Program-made: the position numbers and the translations under genes
NCBI GenBank assembly: GCA_041488455.1
Contig: JBGPPG010000002.1
Coordinates: forward strand, 8,662 to 72,661
Reading direction: 5' to 3'
DNA from: Gemmatimonadota bacterium
Lineage (GTDB): Bacteria; Gemmatimonadota; Gemmatimonadetes; Gemmatimonadales; GWC2-71-9
DNA: 64,000 nt
Notes under the pieces: model-generated
What the model was told of the DNA's origin: nothing
The model's database searches: none
The model's input: only the letters and a program-made list of their open reading frames with translations
Part shown: positions 1 to 9,674 of the stretch, piece by piece
Numbering within the stretch: the stretch's first letter is position 1
Layout: every line of letters starts with the position of its first letter

Positions 1-440
1 CCGAGGAAGTGGCGCGCCGCCCACTCCTCGGGCGGAGCCGCGCGCGCCTCGGCGACGACCTCGGCGAACCTCCGCACGGCGCCCCGCACCACGCGCCCCG
101 CCCGGCCGTCGGGCAGCAGCACGCCATCAGGCACGAGCGCGGCGCGCGCGCGTAGCGGCAACCGTACCGTGCCGCCGGCCACGGCGACTTCCGCTCCGTC
201 ACTCCACGCACGGGCCCGGTCGTTCCACGCCTCGCTCTCGCGCCGCGTCCACTCCCGCACGTATCCCCGGTTGAGCCACCCTTCGTAACCGTCGCGATCG
301 AGCCGCACGCGCCGCCACTCGACCTTGGCCTCGAGCACCACGGCGGTATCCCCCAGGACGAGCTGCGAGAGCTGCTCGGCCCGGAGGCTGGGCTCGGCCA
401 GGAGCGGAGTGACGGCGGAGAGGGAGACGACGGCGGTCAG
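1..440 (-). CDS. NlpC/P60 (C40) family peptidase with N-terminal SH3b-like domain, partial (continues past window start)
   Basis: My own minus-strand translation is open from 473 to the window edge: LTAVVSLSAVTPLLAEPSLRAEQLSQLVLGDTAVVLEAKVEWRRVRLDRDGYEGWLNRGYV...PEEWAARHFL. This is an SH3b-type pattern leading into the region that precedes the catalytic C40 domain. GC3-rich codons. Absent from the ORF track because it has no canonical start and no stop in the window. Start tentatively placed at CTG 440-438. Confidence 0.5.
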   Translation of the reverse strand, partial: MTAVVSLSAVTPLLAEPSLRAEQLSQLVLGDTAVVLEAKVEWRRVRLDRDGYEGWLNRGYVREWTRRESEAWNDRARAWSDGAEVAVAGGTVRLPLRARAALVPDGVLLPDGRAGRVVRGAVRRFAEVVAEARAAPPEEWAARHFL

Positions 441-622
441 GTGGACGCCCGTCCGGCTTTGGCGGCGCAGGTCTCACACCGCGTGACGCCGCGGAAGGTG
501 CAGATGAGACAGATGAAGGTGCCGCAGTCCGCGCAGGGGTAGCCCTCGGAGGCGCGCTCCTCACGGCCGCAGGCGCGGCAGCGCATCGCGTCTTTTTCCT
601 GGGGCTCGTGGCGCTGCGTCAT
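437..622 (-). CDS. small cysteine-rich zinc-ribbon protein (61 aa, 8 Cys in four CxxC pairs)
   Basis: ORF track 437..622. Contains CRAC-x12-CADC-x4-CLIC-x8-CETC. GC3-rich codons. Starts 8 nt after the stop of the NtrC-like gene. Confidence 0.55.
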   Translation of the reverse strand: MTQRHEPQEKDAMRCRACGREERASEGYPCADCGTFICLICTFRGVTRCETCAAKAGRAST

Positions 623-630
623 TCGAAGGC

Positions 631-1977
<1,347 letters not shown>

Positions 1978-2064
1978 CTACCACGACCCGGCCAACGGAT
2001 GGGCCTCGCAAGAGGGTGCTTTCCTTTGACACCTTCATCACTTCACAAGTTAGCACTGACTGTC

Positions 2065-2093
2065 AAAAAACGGGAACAGCGAGGAGGACCCCG
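2065..2093 (-). terminator. weak intrinsic terminator candidate after the lipid kinase gene
   Basis: Minus strand reads CGGGG-13 nt-TTCCCG followed by TTTTTT. The stem is short (4-5 bp). The T6 run is unusual in this GC-rich DNA. Confidence 0.25.
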
Positions 2094-2100
2094 CCGGCTC

Positions 2101-3000
2101 TCACGCCGGCACCATCACCCGGATCGCTCCCGGCACCACACTGGCCGTAAAGGGCGTCTCCCCGTCCGGCTCCCCGTCGAGCTGCACCGGCTCCGGCGTG
2201 GCCGTACGCACGGTGATCTCCCGTCCGCGGGCGTAGGCGACCAACCCCTTGGGGATCGGGCGGTCCGGCCCGGCGCGGAGCAGCTGCCACACCGCACGGA
2301 CGCTCTGGGCCACGCTGTCGGCCCGCATCACCACGACGTCCAGCTGGCCGTCGTCGGGCGAGATCCCCGCACCCAGCCGGACATACGGCGGGAATATCTC
2401 GCCGCAGTTGGCCACCAGGATCATCGCCGCGTTCGCGTCGTACTCCGCGCCGTCCACCGTGATGTGGTGCGGCGTGCTTCGCACGTCCACGATGAGCCGC
2501 AGGGTCGTGGCGACGTAGGCGGCCATTCCCCAACGGCGCTTGTGCTCGGACGCCGTCCCCGCCATCACTCGCGCATCCATGCCGGCGCCGCACGCCACCG
2601 CGAAATAGCGCGTACCGCTCGGCCGCTCCATCCGGCCCAGGTCGATGCGGCGCGCTCGGCCCCGCACCAGCACTTCCGCCGCGCGCGCGGGAGATGCAGG
2701 GATCCGGAGATTGCCCGCCAGCAGATTGCCGGTGCCGCCGGGCACGACGCCGAGGGCCACTTGGGTGCCCACCAGCGCAGCGGCCGCCTGCATGGTGGTC
2801 CCGTCGCCCCCGAACACCGCGACCATGTCGACCGCCTCCCGCACGCCGTACTCCGCCAGGCGGCGCGCATCGCCCGGTCCGCCGGTGGCGACGAGCTCGG
2901 TGCGCCAGCCCGCAGCCCGGAGCGCGTCGCGCACGACGTTCACGGCGACCGGCTCCGTCCGGGCCGCGGCCGGGTTGGTGATGAGAAGTGCGGTGGCCAA
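2101..3000 (-). CDS. diacylglycerol kinase family lipid kinase (YegS/DagK-like)
   Basis: N-terminus ATALLITNPAAA and the GGDGT motif (VAVFGGDGTTM). TTG start 1 nt after the tamB stop. Confidence 0.85.
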   Translation of the reverse strand: MATALLITNPAAARTEPVAVNVVRDALRAAGWRTELVATGGPGDARRLAEYGVREAVDMVAVFGGDGTTMQAAAALVGTQVALGVVPGGTGNLLAGNLRIPASPARAAEVLVRGRARRIDLGRMERPSGTRYFAVACGAGMDARVMAGTASEHKRRWGMAAYVATTLRLIVDVRSTPHHITVDGAEYDANAAMILVANCGEIFPPYVRLGAGISPDDGQLDVVVMRADSVAQSVRAVWQLLRAGPDRPIPKGLVAYARGREITVRTATPEPVQLDGEPDGETPFTASVVPGAIRVMVPA

Positions 3001-3001
3001 G

Positions 3002-6000
3002 CTAAAACTCCCGCTCCCAGAAGACGTCGGCGCCGATCTGATAGCGGCTCGTGGAGAGATAGCTGTTGTATCCGGCCACGGTGCACGAGCTGAAGGTCGG
3101 CTCGAAGCTGGTCTGGAACCGCCACGCCTGGCTGAAGCGGTACTCGAAGGTTGCGCCGAAATTCTGCGCGCCGAACGAGTTCGACTGCGAGGCTCCCCCG
3201 CAGAAGCCGGCGTTCAGCGTGACGAAGCTCTTGCTCCCGATCCGCCAACCGAACGCGAAGCGGCTCACGGCCGCACCGCCCGCGGTCGCGATGCCCGGCT
3301 GGAACTCGACGTAGTCGATCGGAACGCCGAGGTCCGAGATGAGGAAGCGCTCGACCTCGCTGGAGAACGCGGCCACGACATTCTGGAGCGCCGACTGGTT
3401 GATCTGGCCCGACGCGACCGCGTCTCCGGCCGGTGAGCCGAAGATCAGATAGGACGCGAGATCGGTCTCGGGAATCGGCGGCCGCACAGGGCTCTCCAGC
3501 GCGAGCTTGGGGGCGTAGAGGGTCCCGGTGATTCGCGCTACCACCGGGATCTCCTCGTTGGTACGCACGGTCCGCACGATGTGCTGCGCCGTGATGTCGA
3601 GCTCGGCGTTGAGATCCGGCGTGCCGAAGTACCGCACGGTTCCCTGGTTTACGGTGAAGTCGCGGGTCACCGGCCCGATTTTGAGCGCGTAGGTCCCCCG
3701 CACCGCCTCGAGCGTGCCCACCGGCCGGTACTCCCGCTTGAGCTTGCTCACCGTGAGCTGCCCCGCGAGCTGGATGTTGGCCTCCGTGGACCGGAGGAAG
3801 AAGCCCTCGCCCACCGTGAGTGCGAGCGAGTCCACCGTGAGCGAGTCGAGAAAGCGGTTCTGGAAGCCGGCGCCCAGATTGGCCCGCCGGACGAGTGACG
3901 TGTCCACCAGATCCGCGATCGTCGGGTCCTCGAGGTTGATGATCTGCTTGTTGATCAGGTCCGCGAAGTACAGGAAGCCCTGATTCACCGTGGCGCTGCC
4001 GGACGCATGCGCCGCGAGCACCGGCCCGCGGAGCTGCACTTTCCCGGTGGCGGTGAGGCTCAGAAAGTTGCGAATGTTGAGCGCCTGGAACCGGCTCGCG
4101 TCCAAGTCGAAGTTGAGGAGCGGGTGTGAGAGGCTGTCGAAGCGGAGGCCGCCGGTGATTTCCAGGGTGCCGCCGCCGCTCGTCACCAGCCCGTAGGGGA
4201 TCAGCAGGGAGTCGCCGCGCAACTCGCCCCGGGCGAGGATCGCGGCGTACCGCACGCCGATACCGGGGATGGTCATCGCACCCCGGCTCACGTTGGCGAA
4301 GCCGCCCACCTGGGGGTGAGCCCACGTGCCGCTCACCTGCGCCTCCGCGACGACCTGGCCTTCGACGTCCTTGATCCCGGGAAGGACGGCTTCCAGAAGC
4401 CCGAGGTCTGCGCTGTCCGCGCGTGCCCGCACGGTGAGGGGGCCGTCGAGCTGCCGCCGCGTGACGCCGGTAAATCCGAGGTCGAGGGGCAGGTTGGCGT
4501 TGACCTCCAGCACCTCGGTGCCGGTGCGGAAGATGCCCGCGTGCGCGTCGAGGCGCCGACTATCGTACTTGATGATGGTGTGCGCGAACGGGGCGTGGAA
4601 GTCGCCGAAGATGGCATCCTCGAGCCAGGCGCTCCCCTCGGCCTTCGGCTCACGGGCCGTGCCGCCGAGCGCGAGCGTGAAGCCGACCTTGCCGGACGTG
4701 CCGGCGGTGTCGCGCTGGATGAGCCCGTAGACATCCTGGAGATCGATACCGAACGCGTCGAGCGAGAGCGCCCCGGGAGCGTCGCCGGGCAGGCTGCCCC
4801 GCGCGGTGATCCGGCCCGTCCCGTCCCTGGCCTCGAGGACGAACGGCGTGAGCCCCGGCGCGGAGTCCGACATGGTCAGGAGCGCCGGTGCCTTCAGCCG
4901 CCAGCTCCCGGTCGCGAGCTGGGCGTCGAGGCTCTCGACCGCGAGCAACCGGCGCTCGCCCTGCCGCCACCAGTGCCCGCCACCCGCGAGCCGGGACGGC
5001 ACCTCGTTCCCGATCGCCACGCCGCCGTTCCACTCGAGCGAGTCGGCGAGGCCCCGGGCCTGGAGACTTACGTGACGGAAGACCCGCTCGCGCATGCCGA
5101 GCGAGTCGATGCCGAACGCGGCCGTGATCACCGGGCGGGTGCCGCCCACGTAGGTGAAGGCGCCGATCGCGGTCTGAGCCCGGAGCGTGCTCCACGCCAG
5201 GTTCCGCCCCTGGAACGACGCCGCGAGATCCAGCGAGTCCAGGCTGCGCCCCAACGTGAGGGAGCCTCTCGCGGCGCCGTCCAGCGGCCGGGAGTCGGCC
5301 GCGGTGTCCCGCACGAGCCCGGTCCATGCAACCAGCACCGAGTCGAACACGCCGAGGCTGTCGGTCTGGATGTCGAACGCCATCCTGCCCTCGTACGGCC
5401 GGCTCCAGCCGAGGGTGCCGCGGCCGCGGGCTGTGACCTTGGCCAGCCTGCCGTCGAGCGTGTCCACCGTGATCAGGCTGTCGTGGACCGCCACGCGCGC
5501 GACCAGCGTGTCGAGCGGGAGGTCCCGCAGGCGCCCCGGGCCGAGCGCCAGGGTCAACCGCCCGTCGGGCGCGCGGGCGGTATCGGTCACGCCCGTCACA
5601 TCCAGCGTCCCGTTCAGGCTGGTCGTCGGACCGGTCGCGCGCAGGGCTGCGAGATCGAAGTGGCGGAACTCGAGCCTGAGATCCTCCGCTTCCCAGCGGG
5701 GCGGGAGCACGGCGATCGTGCCCTTCGCGTCCACCGTGCCGATCGCGCCGCTTACCGAGGCATCCACGGCCAGGTGCGCCAGCGCCCCGTTGAGCCGGAC
5801 ACGGCCGGTCAGGTCGCCCTTGCTCACCACCGCCGGGAATGCGCGCCGGATGCCCTCGAACGAGAGCGGCTCGAGCGCCACGTCGGCGTCCAGCCGCAAC
5901 GTGTCGCGCCGGGTGTCCAGATGCACCGTTCCCTCGATCACGCTGATAGGCCGGTCCTGGTCCTGATGCTGCGCCGTGCCGACGAAGGTCACGTTGCGCA

Positions 6001-7405
6001 GCGGCCCGTTCAGGGTGCCCGTGGCCTGGAGCCGGCCCGGCACGATGATCGCCGGCGCCAGGCGGCGGACGGTGCCGAGGTCCACGTCGGACTCGCTCAC
6101 GGCGAGATCACGGAACGCCAGGCCGTTCGTCGGCGTGACGCTCACGCGACCCTCCGCGGCGATGTGCGTCACCGGCTTGCCCGCCACTTCCTCGTCGGCG
6201 TAGTCCCAATCGACCTTGACATCCAGCGCATCGAGGAAGCCTGCGCCCGCGGTCGAGCCGGAGAGCGTCCCGAAGAACGGGAGGTCCGAGACGAACGGGC
6301 GGATCTCGTCGAGGTCGAGGTCCTTGTGCGTGAGCTTCAGGTCGCGGATGCCGAGGCCGCGCCGGTGGTCGTCGAGCGCGGTGAGCTGGCCGTCGATCCG
6401 GGTCGGGCCGCGCGCCAGGTGGAGGTCGGTGACCACGAACGCGGTCCGCATGCCGCTTTCGGAGTGCGCCGCCACGGTCCCGCGTCCCGTGAAATCCGGA
6501 AAGTTGGGCGAGATCCACCTGAGGTCGATGAGGCTAGCCTGGGTCGCGACGACCTGGAAGTCGTACAGCGTGGTGTCGTGCGGCCAGGTCACCGCGCCTC
6601 CACCCGTGAAACGGGTGTGCGGCAAGGCCCCGCGGCGGAGACTGAACACAACGCTGTCGCCCCGCAGGCGCACGCGCCCCGCCGCGTCCCGGACCACGAT
6701 CTGCGGATCGCTCACGCGCGTCGCGAGGGTGTCCAGATCCACCAGGAACGGCCGATGGTCGGGCGTGCTGATGCGCATGCGCGCCATGGTCGTCGTGATC
6801 TGCGTGAACTCGATCACCCTCCGGAGGCCCTCGGGGCCCGACTCGATCACCCGTCCGGGCTTGGTCCGCTCGGCGGCGAGCGCCGAGTCCCGCTCGGCCT
6901 GGGTCGTGAGCCGAGGCGGAGGGGACCACGGGAGCAGCAGGCGGAACGTGCCGTCGCGCACGCGGAGGTCGCGGAACTCGATCAGCGGTGGCGTGCCGCC
7001 GCCCGGGCCGCCCAGCCGCAGCACGTCCTCGTAGTTCATCCGTCCGTTCGCGTGCTTGATGAGCTGGATCGTGGGCCGCTCCACTTGGAGACGGGCCAGC
7101 ACGAAGCGGCGGGCGAGGAAGTTGGGGAACCGGTACGCGACGCGGACGTGCGGCAGGTCGGCGAGCAGCGCGCCGGAGGTGTCGCGGACCACGAGCCCCT
7201 CGATCGTCAGATCGTAGAGAAATGACCCCGAGACCGACCCGACCTGCACCGATCCATTGAGGGCCCGGCTCAGCTCGCTCGACACGGTCCGCGCCAGCAG
7301 GTCGCGCCCGGGCGGCGAGAGCACCAGCGCCGTCACCACGCCGAGGATGCCGGCCAGCGTCCCCAGCAGCACGACGAACACGAAGCGCGCGATCCGGCGG
7401 CGCAT
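3002..7405 (-). CDS. tamB: translocation and assembly module protein TamB (AsmA-like, DUF490 C-terminus)
   Basis: 1467 aa with an N-terminal membrane anchor (RFVFVVLLGTLAGILGVVTALVL) and a long beta-rich repetitive body. It lies immediately downstream of an Omp85 gene with a 1-nt TGATG stop/start overlap. Confidence 0.88.
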   Translation of the reverse strand: MRRRIARFVFVVLLGTLAGILGVVTALVLSPPGRDLLARTVSSELSRALNGSVQVGSVSGSFLYDLTIEGLVVRDTSGALLADLPHVRVAYRFPNFLARRFVLARLQVERPTIQLIKHANGRMNYEDVLRLGGPGGGTPPLIEFRDLRVRDGTFRLLLPWSPPPRLTTQAERDSALAAERTKPGRVIESGPEGLRRVIEFTQITTTMARMRISTPDHRPFLVDLDTLATRVSDPQIVVRDAAGRVRLRGDSVVFSLRRGALPHTRFTGGGAVTWPHDTTLYDFQVVATQASLIDLRWISPNFPDFTGRGTVAAHSESGMRTAFVVTDLHLARGPTRIDGQLTALDDHRRGLGIRDLKLTHKDLDLDEIRPFVSDLPFFGTLSGSTAGAGFLDALDVKVDWDYADEEVAGKPVTHIAAEGRVSVTPTNGLAFRDLAVSESDVDLGTVRRLAPAIIVPGRLQATGTLNGPLRNVTFVGTAQHQDQDRPISVIEGTVHLDTRRDTLRLDADVALEPLSFEGIRRAFPAVVSKGDLTGRVRLNGALAHLAVDASVSGAIGTVDAKGTIAVLPPRWEAEDLRLEFRHFDLAALRATGPTTSLNGTLDVTGVTDTARAPDGRLTLALGPGRLRDLPLDTLVARVAVHDSLITVDTLDGRLAKVTARGRGTLGWSRPYEGRMAFDIQTDSLGVFDSVLVAWTGLVRDTAADSRPLDGAARGSLTLGRSLDSLDLAASFQGRNLAWSTLRAQTAIGAFTYVGGTRPVITAAFGIDSLGMRERVFRHVSLQARGLADSLEWNGGVAIGNEVPSRLAGGGHWWRQGERRLLAVESLDAQLATGSWRLKAPALLTMSDSAPGLTPFVLEARDGTGRITARGSLPGDAPGALSLDAFGIDLQDVYGLIQRDTAGTSGKVGFTLALGGTAREPKAEGSAWLEDAIFGDFHAPFAHTIIKYDSRRLDAHAGIFRTGTEVLEVNANLPLDLGFTGVTRRQLDGPLTVRARADSADLGLLEAVLPGIKDVEGQVVAEAQVSGTWAHPQVGGFANVSRGAMTIPGIGVRYAAILARGELRGDSLLIPYGLVTSGGGTLEITGGLRFDSLSHPLLNFDLDASRFQALNIRNFLSLTATGKVQLRGPVLAAHASGSATVNQGFLYFADLINKQIINLEDPTIADLVDTSLVRRANLGAGFQNRFLDSLTVDSLALTVGEGFFLRSTEANIQLAGQLTVSKLKREYRPVGTLEAVRGTYALKIGPVTRDFTVNQGTVRYFGTPDLNAELDITAQHIVRTVRTNEEIPVVARITGTLYAPKLALESPVRPPIPETDLASYLIFGSPAGDAVASGQINQSALQNVVAAFSSEVERFLISDLGVPIDYVEFQPGIATAGGAAVSRFAFGWRIGSKSFVTLNAGFCGGASQSNSFGAQNFGATFEYRFSQAWRFQTSFEPTFSSCTVAGYNSYLSTSRYQIGADVFWEREF

Positions 7406-9498
7406 CAGAACGGCTGCCCCACCGAGAACTGGAACGTCAGCGGTACCCCGAAGATCCGATTCCGCCGGTCCACCGAGAACCCGTCCTGGACCTTCGTGAG
7501 GGCGCCGGTCGAGTCGGTCTTGAAGAGGGCGCCCGGCAGCAGGGAGTACGGGTTGTACGCGATGTCCAGCCGGGCCGGGCCGAGCGGCGTGGCGATGCGG
7601 AGGCCGAACCCGGGCGTGAGGCGGAGCCGGGCCGGCGCGAGGTCGGTGCGGCCGCGCTCCCAGAGCATCCCGGCGTCGAGGAACGCCGCGAGCCGCATCC
7701 TGGAAGGGAAGATTGGCGAGGGGAGGCGCAGCTCCACGTTGCCCACGGCCAGCGCGTTGCCACCGGTGGGCGCCACCTGGACCGAATCGGGCGACAGCCG
7801 GTCCGGTGTGACGGCCTGCGCCAGCGCCGTCGAGGTCACCACGTAAACCACCGGTCCCAGCTCGTTCCGGCCGAAGCCGCGCACGTCGTTCGGACCGCCG
7901 GCGTAGAAGCGCTGCTCCGGCGGCACGAAGGCGTTCGTCTGGTTGCCCAGCGCCACCGCCGGCGAGAAGATGAGCCCGCCCCGAAGCCGCCAGCTCAGGA
8001 CCACGCTACCGCCGAGCGGCCGGTACCAGGCCGCGTCCCCTAGCACCCGGGTAAACTGCTGAAACGCCGACGACCCGATGAGCTTGGAGGCGTAGGTCAC
8101 TTCCAGCGTCGCGTTGGAGCCCCGGGTCGGATCGATTGGGCTGTTCGCCCGCGGGCGGCTTATGCGCGCGGTGAGGGCGGCCAGGAGCCGGCGCTGCTGG
8201 AGCTGGTCGATCACGTCGGGCGTGCACGCGTTGAAGAACGCGCAGAAGCTCGCGGGCGTGGCCTCGGTCCGGCCGTAGGAGATGGTGTAGGCGATGGAGA
8301 CGGGGTACTGCCGCCGCGGAGTCTCGTGCAGCAGCTCGACCGTGGTGCCGATGTCGGTGCGGACATACACCTTGAACTCCGACCGCCGCTCGGCGAACGC
8401 CGAGAGACTCAGCGTGTTGGTGGGCGAGAGGAACGCCGGCCGGCGCAGCGTGGCGGCGAGCTGGTAGTTGAAGCGGGAGGACCCGATCGAGTCCTCGCGG
8501 GACACGCTGCAGATGTTCTTGTCGAACCCGAAGTCGAACGGGCGTCCGACGCCGATCCGCGAGACGTTGCCGGTAATGTCGAGCACCCGCCCCTGGCCGA
8601 GAAAATTGCGCACCGTCCAGTTGGCCTGGGTCCGGAAGCATTCGGTCGTGGCGTACCCCACGCCGGCCCGCACCCTGAACGGCGGGCTCTCGCTCACGCG
8701 AACCAGGATCGGGACCGAGTCTCCGGGCGTGTAGTTCGCCGAGTCGATGTCCACCGTGGCCGAGCGGACGAGATCGCTCTTGTACAGGTTCCGCTGGCTC
8801 TGGAACATCTCGTCCCGGGAGAACGGCCGCCCGGCCCGCGCCACGAGCAGATCCCGCACCACGGCCGAGTCCACCCGCTTCACGCCCTCCACTCGGACGG
8901 TGCTGAAGCGCGCCCGCCGGCCGGGCGACACGTCGAGTGTCAGGTCGGCGGTATACTGGTCGCGGCTGCTCACGAACCCGGCATAGACCGCGGCTTCCGG
9001 AAAGCCCCGGTTCTTGAGCCGCGTGGCGATGGTGTCGGCGGTGGCCTGCATGAGATACCGGTTGAACACCTGCCCCTCGTGGAGCGGCAGATCGAGGAGC
9101 AGCCGCTTCTTCGGCTGCTCGGGGATCGAGTCCAGCCCGTTGATCGCCAGGCTGGTGACGATGACCGGCCTGCCTTCCTCGATCCGGAACGTGACGTACA
9201 CGTCGCGGTCGGTCCGGCGGACCGTCGTGTCCACGGCAACGTCGGGAAAGCCGCTTCGCTTGTACAGCACCTCGAGCCGGAGCACATCGCGGCGGAATTC
9301 TGTCTCATCGAAATAACGCTTCTCACCCAACCCGATCCACCGGACCAACGGAAAGGTCGCGAACCAGCTCGACTGGGTGGTGCCGATCGCCGCGGAGAGC
9401 GTGGTCTTGTTGATGGAGGCGTTGCCTTCGAACTTGAGCTGTCGCACCACCCTCGGCTGCTCCTGCGCAGCCGCGGGCCGGGGCGCGAGCCCGACCAA
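7405..9498 (-). CDS. Omp85 family outer membrane protein assembly factor (BamA/TamA-like, POTRA repeats + beta-barrel)
   Basis: POTRA-like N-terminal repeats (VRQLKFEGN..., INGLDSIPE...) and an Omp85 barrel ending in the terminal F (FQFSVGQPF). Paired with tamB. The true start is probably upstream of the TTG at 9498 (see finding). Confidence 0.88.
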   Translation of the reverse strand: MVGLAPRPAAAQEQPRVVRQLKFEGNASINKTTLSAAIGTTQSSWFATFPLVRWIGLGEKRYFDETEFRRDVLRLEVLYKRSGFPDVAVDTTVRRTDRDVYVTFRIEEGRPVIVTSLAINGLDSIPEQPKKRLLLDLPLHEGQVFNRYLMQATADTIATRLKNRGFPEAAVYAGFVSSRDQYTADLTLDVSPGRRARFSTVRVEGVKRVDSAVVRDLLVARAGRPFSRDEMFQSQRNLYKSDLVRSATVDIDSANYTPGDSVPILVRVSESPPFRVRAGVGYATTECFRTQANWTVRNFLGQGRVLDITGNVSRIGVGRPFDFGFDKNICSVSREDSIGSSRFNYQLAATLRRPAFLSPTNTLSLSAFAERRSEFKVYVRTDIGTTVELLHETPRRQYPVSIAYTISYGRTEATPASFCAFFNACTPDVIDQLQQRRLLAALTARISRPRANSPIDPTRGSNATLEVTYASKLIGSSAFQQFTRVLGDAAWYRPLGGSVVLSWRLRGGLIFSPAVALGNQTNAFVPPEQRFYAGGPNDVRGFGRNELGPVVYVVTSTALAQAVTPDRLSPDSVQVAPTGGNALAVGNVELRLPSPIFPSRMRLAAFLDAGMLWERGRTDLAPARLRLTPGFGLRIATPLGPARLDIAYNPYSLLPGALFKTDSTGALTKVQDGFSVDRRNRIFGVPLTFQFSVGQPF

Positions 9499-9674
9499 GA
9501 GAGCGAGAAGCCCGGTTCCGGGAATTCGGAGGCCGGTGGGGGCGCGGCGGGCGAAGTGGATCGGAATTCCGCGCTCCGGGGGAGGGAGGACCGGCCCCGG
9601 AACCTCCGGCCGGCGATTGACGCGATGCTCTAAGCTCCTTAGTTTGACGGCCTTACGCTCCTAAGTCAACGCCA

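Noticed and set aside
199-564. 121-aa minus-strand ORF in the track
   Set aside because: Arg/Pro/Ala-rich. It overlaps, in a different frame, both the zinc-ribbon ORF and the SH3b/NlpC-P60 frame, which has a protein-like translation.
4316-7225. 969-aa plus-strand ORF antisense to tamB (and 2940..4325 minus, in another frame)
   Set aside because: Shadow ORFs. The composition is dominated by R/A/G/P/E with no domain signatures. TamB in the other frame has a coherent architecture.
8326-9633. 435-aa plus-strand ORF antisense to the Omp85 gene
   Set aside because: Same shadow-ORF reasoning. The Omp85 frame carries POTRA and barrel features.
9617-9667. Two TTGACG boxes upstream of the ABC binding protein gene as a defined promoter
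   Set aside because: The TTGACG nearest the ATG is only 12 nt from the TAAGTC hexamer. The other pairs with TAGTTT at 17 nt but leaves a UTR without an SD. Ambiguous, so no promoter feature was reported.
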